Shown here: one piece after another, positions 51,635-64,000 of the stretch
Position numbering within the stretch: position 1 is the stretch's first letter
How the letters are laid out: every line of letters begins with the position of its first letter
Assembly: GCA_037447605.1 (NCBI GenBank)
Contig: CM074808.1
Span: forward strand, 3,224,001-3,288,000
Length of the DNA stretch: 64,000 bases
Source: Zygnema circumcarinatum SAG 698-1b
Taxonomy: Eukaryota; Plantae; Zygnematophyceae
Direction: 5' to 3'
Program-made: the position numbers and the translations under genes
The notes under the pieces: generated by a model
Seen by the model: the letters and a program-made list of their open reading frames with translations, nothing else
Told to the model about the DNA's origin: nothing
Database searches by the model: none

Positions 51635-54600
51635 TTAGCTCCGACTTCTGCAGCACTCGACAGAAGGAACCGTTCAGTCACGTGTGCTTCAAGGAAGCCA
51701 ACAAAACTGCCACGAAAACATCTTAACAACTTAAATTTCTGCTTTTTTGTTAGTTCCTTTCTTTTGGGCGTTTCTTGCTAGTTTTGGAGGATTAAAAGCA
51801 TACGCCCAACACCCTGTTTTAGATTTGGCTCGTACTTCAGCAATCGTCAACCCTAAAACTGACAGACAAGACGTGGTGCGGAAACAAATTTCCTTCCAAA
51901 AAACGACATATTTCACTGGAAAAGCAAGATAGGCGATGAACCATAAGTTGACGCACCTGTGCCCTCCACTGCGCGGTGAAGGAGAGTGGGAGGTCTCTCT
52001 GCGAGAGGATCGGCTCCGCGTCTTCTCGGGAGACCTGCGTTTGGCAGAACTAGAGACGTTAGCAGACGCAGGATTTGCAGCGTTTAGGGTTTTCTGCTTC
52101 AGAATTCTTCCAACCTGTTCCTAGTTTTCAGATTGAAATAACCTTACCTCGAAAAGGAGCGTGAATAGCGTCTCTTTATGGGACTCCGACTCCGGCTTCT
52201 GCTTCGTCTGTCAGAGTACCTGCATGGGGAAGAGTAGAGCAGATGGGTCATACCATGCAGGCCCCACTCCTGAAAAGGAGACATCCTAAGAAGCTTAGAA
52301 TACCAAAGAAAAAGCAAGTGCTTGTCCTGTCCCGCCCTTACTTGGGAGAGCGGCTACGACTTCGGCTTCGGCTCCGATACTGCGCTTGAGCTCTCGTAGC
52401 AGCAGCCCTTTCCCGCATCTGCTTTTCTACTTCAGATTTTTTGGCTATCTCTGCTGCTGAATCCTTCTTGACTGCAGGGGAAAGCCAACCAAATGTTCAA
52501 ACTTCAGGAGTAGACATCAGCCTTTTATTGCGCATGATTGTTCGGCATCCTCACCGCATGCATCAGTGGAAAGGAGCACAGCAGAAACTTGTGGCAATAC
52601 GGATAGAAAGTAGGAGATGGATTTAACAAAAACACTAGACGCACATCAGGTTAAGGATTTCTGGCTTTGTTAACCCACTTTGCTTTGTCAGCTGTTTGCT
52701 CATTATCCGCTTTAGCCTCTCTTGAGGTGTCTCTTTCTTCTCTCCTTTACTTGCAGCCGAAACTGACTTACTCAGCTTCGCCAACGCAGCGGTTGAACTG
52801 CAAAACCCAGCAAGGTAGCCTCCGTTAGATAAGAAAGATAAGAAAAAACGGGAAAGGGCGGGGGGGGGGGGGGGGGGGGGGGGGNNNNNNNNNNGGGGGG
52901 GGGGGGGGGGGGGGGAAGGGTGATAATGTCAGTGACGCAATTCATGCAACCCCTGAAAACTACTACCCCCTTGGCCTCCATCTTGCTTCCCCTTCGGCTT
53001 TCCTTCCACCCCTTCATACAAGTGCCCTCTTAGCGCAGACTTGCCTGCCAGTGCTCTGAGGCTTGGCCTCCCACATGCGTCTCTCTCTCTCTCTCTCTGC
53101 TGTGGTAGGGAGGACTGCTGCAGGGCCTGCAGACGCCGCAGGGTCACCTCGCAGGGCCTCCAGGATGGGGCCCTGCCCGGGGGGGGGGCTGCTCGCACCA
53201 AGGAGGAAGTCAGAGGGAGTGTGTCTTTCTCACATACAAAGACTGAGAATGCACATGATGGGAATTGGAAGTCAAGAGGGGGAGCGCACTGCACCCCTTT
53301 GAAGTAGGGAATCCCACAGAATGGGCAAGACTTAGCTTGAATGCTCGAATTGAAAAACCGTTAAAAATGAATTGAACCAACAACAAACCTTGGTAGGCGG
53401 GATAATCTAAGGCCCGGTAATGTTGTCACAGCATCCTAGGCAAGTTATCAGAAGCAAAATAAATTGTAACAGATGTCCTCCACCCAACTTAACAAGCTGC
53501 TAAGGTCCCTCACATGCCGTACGTCCCACAACATGAACACGCTCCCGTTGATGACATAACACAAACCTGTACAAGAATGATGTACAGGACCCTCCATACG
53601 TCCTATCACGACTTCCCTACCTGGGTTGTTTTTGGACATTCTATATGGTTTTCGGGGCTAGTAACGAGCCCAAAGTGGGCCCAACCTACCCAACACGAAC
53701 TGCGTCTCGGCCTCGGCAGCTAGTCACAGCAGCCCACCCTGATGCTGCGGAGCAGAGTATGAGCACAGAGGGCCGCACTTTTTTCCATCAGACAACCGTT
53801 GAGAGGGAAAGGAGGGGCCAGTGCTCCGACCGGGTTGTGGAGTTACGCTGAGGCGACGAGGGTGGAGTCATCCCACGAGCAGCGACAGGAGCCTTATCGC
53901 CTGCCACATCAAACTCGGTAATAAACTCTATCTTTGGAAGCGGCTTCTCTCGTTCTCTGCCTCTCTCCCGCTCCCTCTCATAGTCTCGCCGGCTGTCACG
54001 ATCACGGCTTCTCCACCGGCTCCGTGCAGGCGAGACCGAACGAGAACGTGAGCGGGGTCTGAAAGTGCAGAAAAGAGAGAGCGAGAGGGAGAGAGAGAGA
54101 GAGAGAGACAGGAGGAGAGATGTTGGAGGAGGATAGGGAAGGGTCGGCGTGGAAAGGCGATGGAATTGGAGTGTACTTGAAAGAGTAAAGAAAAATCTTC
54201 AGATTCTTTTAAATTCCAATGTTCACATGTACTAGAATCACTAAACTTGGTGTGCATACAGAACAGATTTACTTACCTTTGTGGGCGAGGATATGGTTCG
54301 TATGTCGGACTCCCTCGACGCTCCCTGAGAAGAAGAAAAAAAAATTCTTGAAGGAATCAGATTCGAAATTCTTAAGAGTTCCCGTTGCCCTTTTCAGCAG
54401 TGCTTCTCAGCTGCATGGTTATGAATGGTCCACAACACATTTCCATGAGTGAAAACAACAAACAGTTCCCACACCTGTGATGATCTGAAAATTTGCTGAT
54501 TGCCCTCATTGTCGCATCATAGTCTTTATCTTTGGCCTGCCGTGCAGCCCGTCGTCTCTCCTTTCTGCTCAATTTCCTCTGTTCAACAATTGTGACAAAA

Positions 54601-56509
54601 GTTTTCCAGATCTCAGAGTTTTCATAACTCACTCGACATGCATGAATGCCGTTGGATCTAAGATGCGAGAACTTGCAAAGCATCGTTTGAGGAGCAATGG
54701 TAAGGCATCTGATCTCTTCAGGTAATTACTACCCCTAGCGCTTGTCGAGCTCAGGTATTTGAGATTATTCAAGCCCAAGGTGACAGCAGCTCTGATGAAG
54801 TTCCCAACACTCCCTTGGAAGAGATCTGATGTGAGCTACATACCATCGCTGGGTCACCTTGGGCCACCTGCTTTTGGCGCTTCTCCTCCTCTTTCGCTTT
54901 CCTTTCCAAAAATATCATTCGATTAAAATCCTCCACCCCGTATTCCTTTCCAATGGCAACAATTTCCTCATCTTCACTATCCTCACTGCTAAGCTCCTCC
55001 TCTTCTTCTTCCTCATCCTCATCGTCACTCCCCTCTGAATCATTCTTAGGGACGGCAGAGTCGTCTCCATTGTATGTAAAACCTATCTTCGCATAGGTGG
55101 TTTTCCCTGACTGTGACGAACCTCCTGCCTGTTTCTGCCTGCAACGTTTCAACCAGAGGACAAAAAGAAGAGAGAAAAAGTGGCTTAACATAACGCAACT
55201 CGCAGCAACAGAACTTGCAGCACAGAAGGGTTGGTCCTTGGGCTTCACGCACCAAAGGTGGTCTCAATCTCTACAGGAACTGCAACAAAAGGGCATACTC
55301 CAAGCACTATAGTTGTTTCAGCCTCATCGAATAGCATTCATCAATAATTACCATGTGACACGAAGGCGGCTTACCTCTCTGTCGCCATTGGAGCAGTCAC
55401 TCTGGCCTCTATCTCCTCCTCAACATCCTCCAGCCCCCCTTCGTCCGTCACTGGACAACACGCACAATTCATGTCAGCCTCCTATAGCAATAATGTCTAA
55501 GCCGACTGGAAGGCTTGGCAGGAGCGCCCTCTATTATGGGAATCACCGTGCCCTCGATATGTGTGTATGCGTCCCGAGGAGGGGTGTAAAGTACTGACAT
55601 CCTCTCCGGCGCTGCTTGACTAAATCTCGGAAGCGCTCAAAATTCACACGTTCATCCAATTCCTCCTCTTCTTCTGTCTTTTCTCGAGGAGGTTGACGCC
55701 TCGGGTCATATTCCCTGATGAAGTCTAAAAGTGCGCGACCATCAAACCTGCACCAATAGAGGGGGAGGGAGGGAGAGGGAAGGAGAAGAAGACAAACAGA
55801 GAGCGCGCGGGAGAGAGAGGAGAGAGGAGGAGAGAGAGTGAATGAAAGGGAAAGGGATGATCCAAAGAATTTGCTTGATCACGTCTACGGTTAACGGTTG
55901 AGTTAGGGAGGAAGAGAAAAACATTAATTTTATAATTCAAGTAAACGGAAAAAAAAAGATGTTATTAGTTTTCAAGGCGCCCATTCCTTCAGGACGAATG
56001 TGAGGTACACCACATGCTGTTGAACAGCGGAAAAGTTACTCCAAGAACACTGAGACTCACCTGTCAATCAGGACATCTTCTTTACCGTTCCAGGGAATCC
56101 TGCAGGCGCATGAGATGTACCCAATTCAATAGATAGCCCTCATGGAAGTCCAAGTTACAGACACAATCAAATGCAGGAAACTGACACTGAAACTTATAGT
56201 TTGACGTTTACAACCAGAAAACAAGTAAAGAGAGGAAAACTAAAATATGCATGTGTTTAATAGAAGCAAACCAACTGCCTGACTATAGTTCTCTACTAAA
56301 TGACTTACTCACATTCCTTGCTGTTCCTCTGTAGCTTTGTACATAGAGACATCATGATGCAGTTTACATCTCATTCCGACAATCCTCAGTCCCTGCGATG
56401 GATCTCCTCTTCGTTTGGCAAGAAAAACAGCCCTCCTTTCCGCTCGTTTTTTCGCAGTATCCATCATGTCATGCACCTTCTTTTCGGATCTTCTCGCTTC
56501 GTGCCACAT
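51635..56509 (-). CDS. CLASRP: CLK4-associating serine/arginine-rich protein (SWAP-domain splicing regulator)
   Basis: MWHEARRSEKKVHDMMDTAKKRAERR...GDPSQGLRIVG, IPWNGKEDVLIDR-FDGRALLDFI, EEEELDERVNFERFRDL, YAKIGFTY, RRGSPTYEPY, KIEFITEF, and RS-rich 3' exons. Last exon and stop are tentative. Confidence 0.88.
52885..52894. other. Assembly gap (10 N) inside an intronic poly-G run
   Basis: N run flanked by G homopolymers. Confidence 0.95.
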
Positions 56510-57395
56510 TTCTGGCACTTACTCTTTCCTCGACTCAAACTTATCAGTTTGCTCCTAGCCCCTTTTGTACTTTCCCTCCTTAAACTTCCAAAGAACGGCA
56601 GAAACGTCTTCTTCCCTTCAAGAAACACCTTTTGCCTGTTCCCTACTGCATTATTTTCATACAGCTCCCTCAAAGTATGTCTAAAAACGCCACAGCTAGG
56701 TACAGATACTGTGGTAGCGAGGTGAAAGTTTGCAGCAGTGGAGCGGGGAAGCGCTCGTGATGGCAGACAGGAGATTAGCGTTAGGGATGACGTCAGCGTG
56801 ACATTTTGAGACGTGTGCGTCCGAAAGGGGGATCGACTGAAGGAGAGAGTGGAAGACGAGAAAGAGAGAAGCTTGTACAGGGAGGGAAGTGGGAGAGAGT
56901 GAGGGAGAGAGGGGGAAATTCGAGAGACTTCGCGAGGGTTGAGGGGAAGGTGGAGAGTCAGCCCTCTGAGAGGTAAAGAAGATGGGATGGGTAGGCACCG
57001 TCCTGCTTCAAGCCTTCCTTTCTGTGGCTGTGCTGGGCGCCTGCAAACGTGCCGGCTGGATAACGTGAGTGAACGCTCTTGTAAATTGGAATGCATTCGC
57101 GGTAAAGAAGAAGAAAGGTCGATTATTAGCATGATTTGATGAAGGTAGCAGCTTTTGCTGAGAGGAAACAATCGAGAATGGGGAACTCGGGAAGATGAAG
57201 AACAAGAGAGAGGCTGTGGAAATATGGGGGGCGTCAATAAAGAATGAGCAGTTTCAAAAAATGTTTAACGATAAGTCAAACGTGAGCTCTGACTGAAGCG
57301 TTAAATTATGCCAAAAATAAACACCATGAAGGCGACATGAGAAGGAAGAAAGATTTGCTTGGAGAGTAAGGCGAGCAAATTTTTGGAACGTTTAG

Positions 57396-58202
57396 TGGCC
57401 AGATTATTCAAGCGCTGGCACGCGCAGAAGTTTCCGTTCCTCTTGTGGGCACTGTTGGACCGCTGCGCTCCTTCATACCCTAAATAAAGAGATAATGCAA
57501 GCATCTTCGACGGATATTTCTATGATTGTGCAGAGTTCACCCAACGAGAGTCACGAACAAACAAGCACGAAAAGTATTTGAGACTGCCATCTGGCTTGGT
57601 GACAGCATTACTGAGAAGGTGAGTATAACCGTGTAAGACACGCTTTAATTATTCATACTTTTGGCGAACCTATTGATCATTCTGTGAATGGAGTTCATGA
57701 GCAATGACTGCAGTCTCCTTTTGTTTGGCTTCAGACAACAGGTGCTGTAAGTGAGCTAAAGAAGTTGGTACTCCCCAAGGACAAGAAAAGGCTTCGATGA
57801 TCAGCGCATGACTTTCCCAATCATTAGTGTTTCTGCAGAAGCAATAAATCACGGTGCTACCACATAACATATGTGGCTATCTCGTTTGACGTTCTAGATG
57901 TATATTACATATACGGAGATCAGAACCATTGATTCCGCCAGAAATAAAGCCTGATCTTGATGCTTGATAGGCTATTTCTGCAGACCTCGCCTGCTGCATT
58001 TTGTAAACGTACAAAGAAAGATTGTGCATATGTTTGTACCAGATACACTTGATTCGAGAACTAGCTCCATTGAGCTCAGTTGTTTGAAACGTATATTGGC
58101 CAGATGTTTCAAGCGCTGGCACGGGCAAGAAGTTGCCGTTCCTCTTGTAGGCACTGTTGGACCGCTGCGTTCCTTCATACCCTAAATAAAGCGATAACGC
58201 AA
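57396..58202. repeat. Pair of diverged ~105-bp direct repeats (57396-57500 and 58097-58202)
   Basis: Shared core GGCACTGTTGGACCGCTGCG(C/T)TCCTTCATACCCTAAATAAAG. Confidence 0.9.
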
Positions 58203-59392
58203 TCGAAAGCGGCACTTCTGGTCGCCATTTTCTGACTGTGGAGCTGTGGCAATTCCCTTTTCCATGAGGTAATTCCTCGACTTTGAGAGGAATGGCATCT
58301 GAATCGCCAGTGCCGACCTGCTATCCGCTTGCTTCCATGCAGCTGTATTGTTTCTCCTCTTCCTTTAGTCGATTGGTCAGCAAGAAAATCACACATGTCA
58401 TTCCAATAAATTGCGATTAGGGAGGGAGGGGGGGGGGTGGGAAACCTTCTGTTAGGGGGTTATAAACGATTTGAAAAGAGTTCCACTATTTGAGAATTCG
58501 AAATCATCATGCTCTTTTCCTCGAAGTAGATTAGTAACATCTGAAGTACTTGAAAACGAGTTCCAAATCGATTCTTCAAGTCTGAATGCCCCTACAAGAC
58601 AATGTGCCATTTATTTCCTTGAAACATCATTGCAAATATACCAAAAGGAAAAGAAAAAAAGGAGGGATTTCAAAAACAGGTTTTCTATGTATACCTAAAG
58701 ACTCGCCTCCCTCACTCTTTTCCTTTTTGTCTCTTGTTTTCATTTCTCATTAGAAAGGGACCCAAGGTGGCAGACGGATGAATGAGTTACGTGACCATGA
58801 GTCGAATAAATGAACCCCATATTTCAAATGTACATACCCTCTCCTCCCTCCCCCTCCCTCCCTCAGCTCCCCACCCCCTGACTCCAACTACTTGCCAGCT
58901 ACTACAATATGGAATCTCCAACTCTGGACGGAACAATAATCACAGAACATTGCTTGCAGCAAAGGAAAAAGGTTCAGAGATTGAAGCGATTAGATCATGC
59001 ACTTTAAAGCTATCCCGCCCTCATTTATTCTTCTTCAGGCAGATGCAGGTGCCCGCAAAACACGAGTCGGTTCGCCGGGTCGCAAGTACATGCAGGAATG
59101 TACTGCCAACTAATCTTATCAACCTTGATCTTCTGAACGAACGTATCTACACGTGCCAAATGTGGGTACCTATCAATGAGCATAAAACAGACTTGACGTT
59201 AAGCAAAGGTTCACCAGCTCCAATAAGAGCATCGGGTTCCCAAAAAAGCACGTACGTTGTCCTAAAAACTTTGTCCGCTTACCCCCACCCAGCGCCACAG
59301 TGCACATACTCCAAGTCTCAACACCAATACAAGTGGCAAGAGGGCCGACCCTGTCATTAATTCTGCAAAATTGTAAATGATACATAGTGTCT

Positions 59393-62300
59393 TCACGGCG
59401 CCCTCAAGGAAGACGAGTGCTCCCTTCCCATTCGCCATGACGAGAGACACCTCCTGAACGACATGGAGAGGAGTTGCAGCTGGTGGGGGTGGACCAGCAG
59501 CACGCAGACACAGGCACAAGCCACCAATACCACCAACACAGAAGCCATCACATGGTGCCCTATACGCCTCTCTGTTCGGAGTGCCACTTGGCAGCTGCTC
59601 AGCCCTTCTTTGACCGACCGTAACCGGCTCTGCCAAGACCCCCATCTGAGACTTGTCTCTTTCCTGCTGCCTGGGTATGAAAGAAGAGGCTCTTCCTCCA
59701 CAGCACGTTTCTCACAAGGCATTGGGAGTCGGATTTCATTGCTACTCTCCTGTTTGGAGGTCTGGACAGCGGCTGGTGAACTAAGTGACTGGCCTATAGC
59801 ACTTGCCAGAAGCTGTCTAGCGACAATGAGGTCCAAGTGCGAACGCTTCACTTGAGCCGCATAGTCTCGAGGAGTCTTCCCATAAACATCACGTGCAGTG
59901 GTCCAAGACAGGGCCTGCAAATGACAAAGAATAATAGTTGTCAGAGACCTGCTTGTGCTCAAACTCATCATTAGCTTCAATCTCAGCTCCACCATACAGA
60001 GAAAAGTTCGCGGTGGTGCCTTCTAATATCGTGCATCAGTGCAATAGGACACACGACACAGCTTGAAGAACCGCATGAGATTTTCCAAAATTGTTCTTTC
60101 AGCCATTTGGGAACTCACAGCTTCGCCAACGCTTGCAAATAGCAGTACAAAATCTTCTGCACTTTCTTGCAGTGCTGCCAAATGCAGTGGTGTTAACCCT
60201 CCAGGACCTGCCCAGCTAGCTCGCCACCATGCCTCTGCACCATCACAGCCAATCTGTTTCTTCCCAAAATTGAGCAGTTCTTCTGCTAGCGTAAAGTGTC
60301 TTCCCACCACTGCTCCATGGAGTAAACTAAAGCCGTTCGCATCTATGCCAACGGCTTGCACTACCTCGCCTTCATAACAGACACCTTGCAAGGCAGCATT
60401 CCTGTCAAGCGTACCGGCTGCATGCAGAAGTTCGCCGGTAACGGCACACCATCCCCTCTCTACTGCAAAGGCCACCAGCCTCTTCAATCTCTCCAACGAG
60501 CTCCAATAATTTACAGCTATTGGCATTGTTTCTGCCGTTTCTTTAACCAGAATTTCTCCAGCCTTTGTGACTTCCCTGCTCCGACAAGCAAGCACCCAGC
60601 CAAGATCCTCCAACAGGTCTGCAACTTCCCTTTCTTTCTTCATACGAGCACGCAGGCCTGCACAGACTGCTGCATTTAAGTCTTCCTCCAAATCACAAAC
60701 TTGTGATCCTTTCAAACGCACTTGCGCTGCTGCTGCTTGACCTGCGGCTTCTACCTCTTCTGCAAGGGTGTTCACCTCCTGACAAATCGATTCACTAGCA
60801 ACAAGAAGAGGCAAAGCATTGCTGCAGCAGACTCCATGTTCCACCTGCATACCACAAACAACCCCTCTACCCCTAGTTGGATCATCAAAAAACAAAGCGA
60901 AAAATAATCAGCTTCCAGTTTATTTGAGCCAATGTTTGCATGATTGAACTAAATCCGGTTTCAGTGGGTATCAACCCACAAGACGATACCAAAGAAACAA
61001 TCGACCTCACTGACTGACCTCGATGTGAGCGCTCCCCCAGGTGCCACCATCCATCTTCGGAAACACGAACTTGAATGACTCTCGCATCATCTTCCAAACC
61101 GAAATACTCTTATCCTCCCTCGCTCCATTTTCTCCTTCACTCGATTCTTCATCACTATCGTCTAAACCTTCTTCGTCATCCTCTCCTCTTAAGTCTCCAG
61201 CATCTGCTCCACAAGCATTATTTGTCACATCGGCTGCATGAATGAGCTCGCTCAATATGTACTTGCCCCCCGTAGAGCACAATAGCCTGCATGGCATCCC
61301 ATTACACAAGGTTGGTTACGAACTTACGAACTTCTCACAAACTTCAGCAAGCTTGTGGGCCAAGCATCTGAACATGGCAATGGCGGCACTACCCGCCAAC
61401 AAACTTACTTCATGCAAAGATGGGAACCACCTGCACCTGTTCCTTTGGCTCAATCAATTACGATTCAAGTTTAAGAGCGTCTCATCTATGCAGCAAAGCA
61501 GGTATTCATCCATCCACCCCTTGTCACGGGAAGGGAATGGACAACACACAACATGTAGGATAACATGAAGCATTGTGTAGTGCCTTCCTGACCTTGTTGC
61601 CGGCAAGAGGAAATTACATCCCCGCACCACAACTTGTGTAGGCTTTCCAGACTGTACACAGAGCGGCCGCACAGAGCACAAGAGAGGACCATCCATCTTG
61701 TGGAGCCGTGACACACTTGTCACAACACCTGCAATGATCAACTTACTTATCGTAAGCTTGGTTGATTTTTAGAGTTTTTAGGGGTTTTAGGGGTTCAGGG
61801 TTCTTTAGTTTTGGCACATACAATGACGAAATTGGCACTTTGAGGACACAAGAGTCCAAATATTCGCAGGGTCATGGACAGTCACAGTCCCCGCAACTGC
61901 TCGTCGGAACTTTCAACCACACAGTCAGCCGTGCCCTTTAAGTGTCTTCTTTCATGTTGTATTGAAGCTGCAAAGTACTACTACCTGACATCATCAACTC
62001 CTTCAGTTTAATCCTTCATTCAGGTCAATTGCCCTATGCTTAAAGACTCACCATCCTCCACGACTGCCACCTGCTCACTAGCTTGTACGAGCATGCATCC
62101 TGTGCCGAACATATCTTTTCCCTGCCCCTCTATTAGCCGTTGAAGGCTCCCCTTGAGATTCGATTCCAACTGCAAACGAAATCCAACGTCCACTGCCTCC
62201 CGTTTAGCTTCACTAGCGATCGCACGGGATGACAACATGAGACAGCTTGACCTGACAACGTTGAGGGTTAACTCGGCAAAGGTTGAAGGGCACAAAGAAA

Positions 62301-62688
62301 AATGTCAACTAAGAGTTTTGGGTCGAGGACCACCTAGACACATGACAGGTATCGTTTGGAACGTGAAAGTGTTCTGGAGAAGGGTGTCGTAGCTACACAT
62401 TCATGTAATGGTGGCCAATTCCGCTCTCAATCCTACACGTCTATGCTGGATAATACACAAACGAATGCTGTTAGTTGTAAGCATGAGCCACATACGAACC
62501 GACCCTTACCTCAGCCCAGCCGGAAGAGGGCATTGCGATTCTGATGGTGAGTACAGTGCACCCCGGCCGAATATATCCTTCAAGGTCTGAAGGCATTTGT
62601 GCGAGCCAGTCCATAATCTGCAACAAGAGACACCATGTTGCAGCATAACGTTAAACATCCAAAGCTGTCCGGATATCAACTTGCAATC

Positions 62689-62732
<44 letters not shown>

Positions 62733-64000
62733 GTGACGCAAATGTCAGTCGATTTACATTCCCCATAAACTAGATTGAGCTCCGGCAACATGTCGGCGAA
62801 GATTTGCACCTGGTGTCGCAAACTTCGAGGGAAATCTCCAGGATTCCAGTTGTACAGCTTGAAAGACATCCGACTAGTTGTATGCTGCAAAGTGCAATTC
62901 CAATCAGCCCAGGAAAAAACTCATTAACAAGGTGTCTCAAGTTACTCCCATTCTATACAGGGTGTGACAGCTAAACAGTATACCATCCCCTCGACGCACA
63001 ACAAACCGATTGATAAGACGCAACACAAATGGAAATAAAAAAAAGTGAACAGTAGCCAAACCTGAGGAGAATATGCTAGATGTTCTATTGCGAGCTGCTG
63101 TGCAGGGAACAACCCAAGGTTCGTCGGCGGGAGTGAGGAGAGTGAAGGATTATGTGTATGCTGTGTCTGCTGGAAAGCAGGCTGAGATTGCTGCTCCACT
63201 TCCTCGTTGTCAATAAGCAATCCAAGAAGCGAGTGGTCCGGGTCGGCCTGCCTCCACTCAGTGCCAAATCCTGTACCAATTACTGGATAGGAGTTTGTTT
63301 CTGACACGTGCTGGTGACCTGTTGAGAACAGAACTTGGACCGGAGGAAGAATTCGAGATCCCTGCAGCATGCTAGAAGGCATCTCTTGTGTAGGAGGAGA
63401 GGGATTCAAAGTGGCTATATAAGGTTCTCCGATCAATTGATCTGACGAAAGTCCAGCTGGCGACATGTTGTCAGGTTGCCAAGGAGTGGCACTTCTGCTT
63501 GCAATTGGCTCTACGTAACTAGTCGCTTTCACCGAGCTGCTGCTCAAAGGCATTTCTGGCAACATGCTGCTAGTGCCACTTGTCATTGTGAAAGCTTCCT
63601 GAACATCACTAGCATCTGAGTTTGTAATTTCAGCAAGCTGACAGGCTTGCCCTGCCAACAGTGGAGATGATTCGACTTGAGGGGCCTCTGAAGTTGCTGC
63701 CCCAATATCCGTGGAAGCTGCTGAGCCTGAAGGAGGTTCAAGGACACAATCACTAGAAGACAGAACTTCACACGAGAGCTTCCCCTCTTGAAGCACGCTT
63801 TTAATCGAAGTCTCCTTCTTTGCCTTCTTCAATGTGCTCACTTTCCCAGCCACGTCCTCAACATTCTTGCGGTTCTTCCTTGATTCAGAAAACTTCTTCC
63901 GCGTCTTGGGGGTCTCCCCTCCATCAGACGATGCATCGTTGACTTCTGCAACCCCATACCATATTGCCAACTGTCAGTTCTTGGCAGAGCCCGACACAAT
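59393..64000 (-). CDS. SPL7: SPL7/CRR1-type SQUAMOSA promoter-binding protein-like gene, 3' portion (SBP domain lies beyond the window)
   Basis: SRMSFKLYNWNPGDFPRSLRHQ|IMDWLAQMPSDLEGYIRPGCTVLTI, Ig-like PLLCSVRPLCVQSG...VRGCN, AHIEVE, LPLLVASESICQEV, ankyrin-like GLTPLHLAA and GKTPRDYA, and C-terminal TM VLVVLVACACVCVLLVHP. Confidence 0.85.
62692..62732. repeat. (AT)n intronic microsatellite
   Basis: Direct sequence observation. Confidence 0.95.

Noticed and set aside
35583-52894. Two 10-N gaps as possible hidden features
   Set aside because: Both lie within C or G homopolymers in introns whose flanking exons join normally; most likely sequencing drop-outs.

Overview
Gene-dense, intron-rich eukaryotic nuclear DNA of the green-plant lineage, probably a streptophyte alga. 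This is inferred from ClpR3, SPL7-type SBP and group-IX bHLH genes, short GT-AG introns and abundant polypurine/polypyrimidine tracts. About 11 protein-coding genes can be reconstructed by hand across introns: the 3' end of an unknown gene, a ~1000-aa probably plastid-targeted acidic/coiled-coil protein with a C-terminal CBM25-type starch-binding domain, a GRAM-domain protein, SEC23, a membrane-anchored GT4-type glycosyltransferase, ClpR3, a PDS/ZDS-like FAD oxidoreductase, PSMD9/NAS2, a DUF3326 protein, an FBH-like bHLH, CLASRP, and the 3' part of an SPL7-like gene. Two DNA transposons are bounded by terminal inverted repeats (TIRs) and target-site duplications (TSDs). The first is a 5.26-kb PIF/Harbinger element (23-bp perfect TIRs, TCA TSD) with a broken transposase; it carries a 3.2-kb (AAGCAAG)n satellite where its Myb-like partner gene would be expected. 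The second is a 923-bp Mutator-like foldback element (~345-bp TIRs, 8-bp TSD). It sits inside a regulatory island upstream of the bHLH gene that holds dense, ~10-bp-phased GTAC (SBP/copper-response-type) motifs. Exon boundaries were assigned by eye and family calls come from recalled motifs, not database searches.
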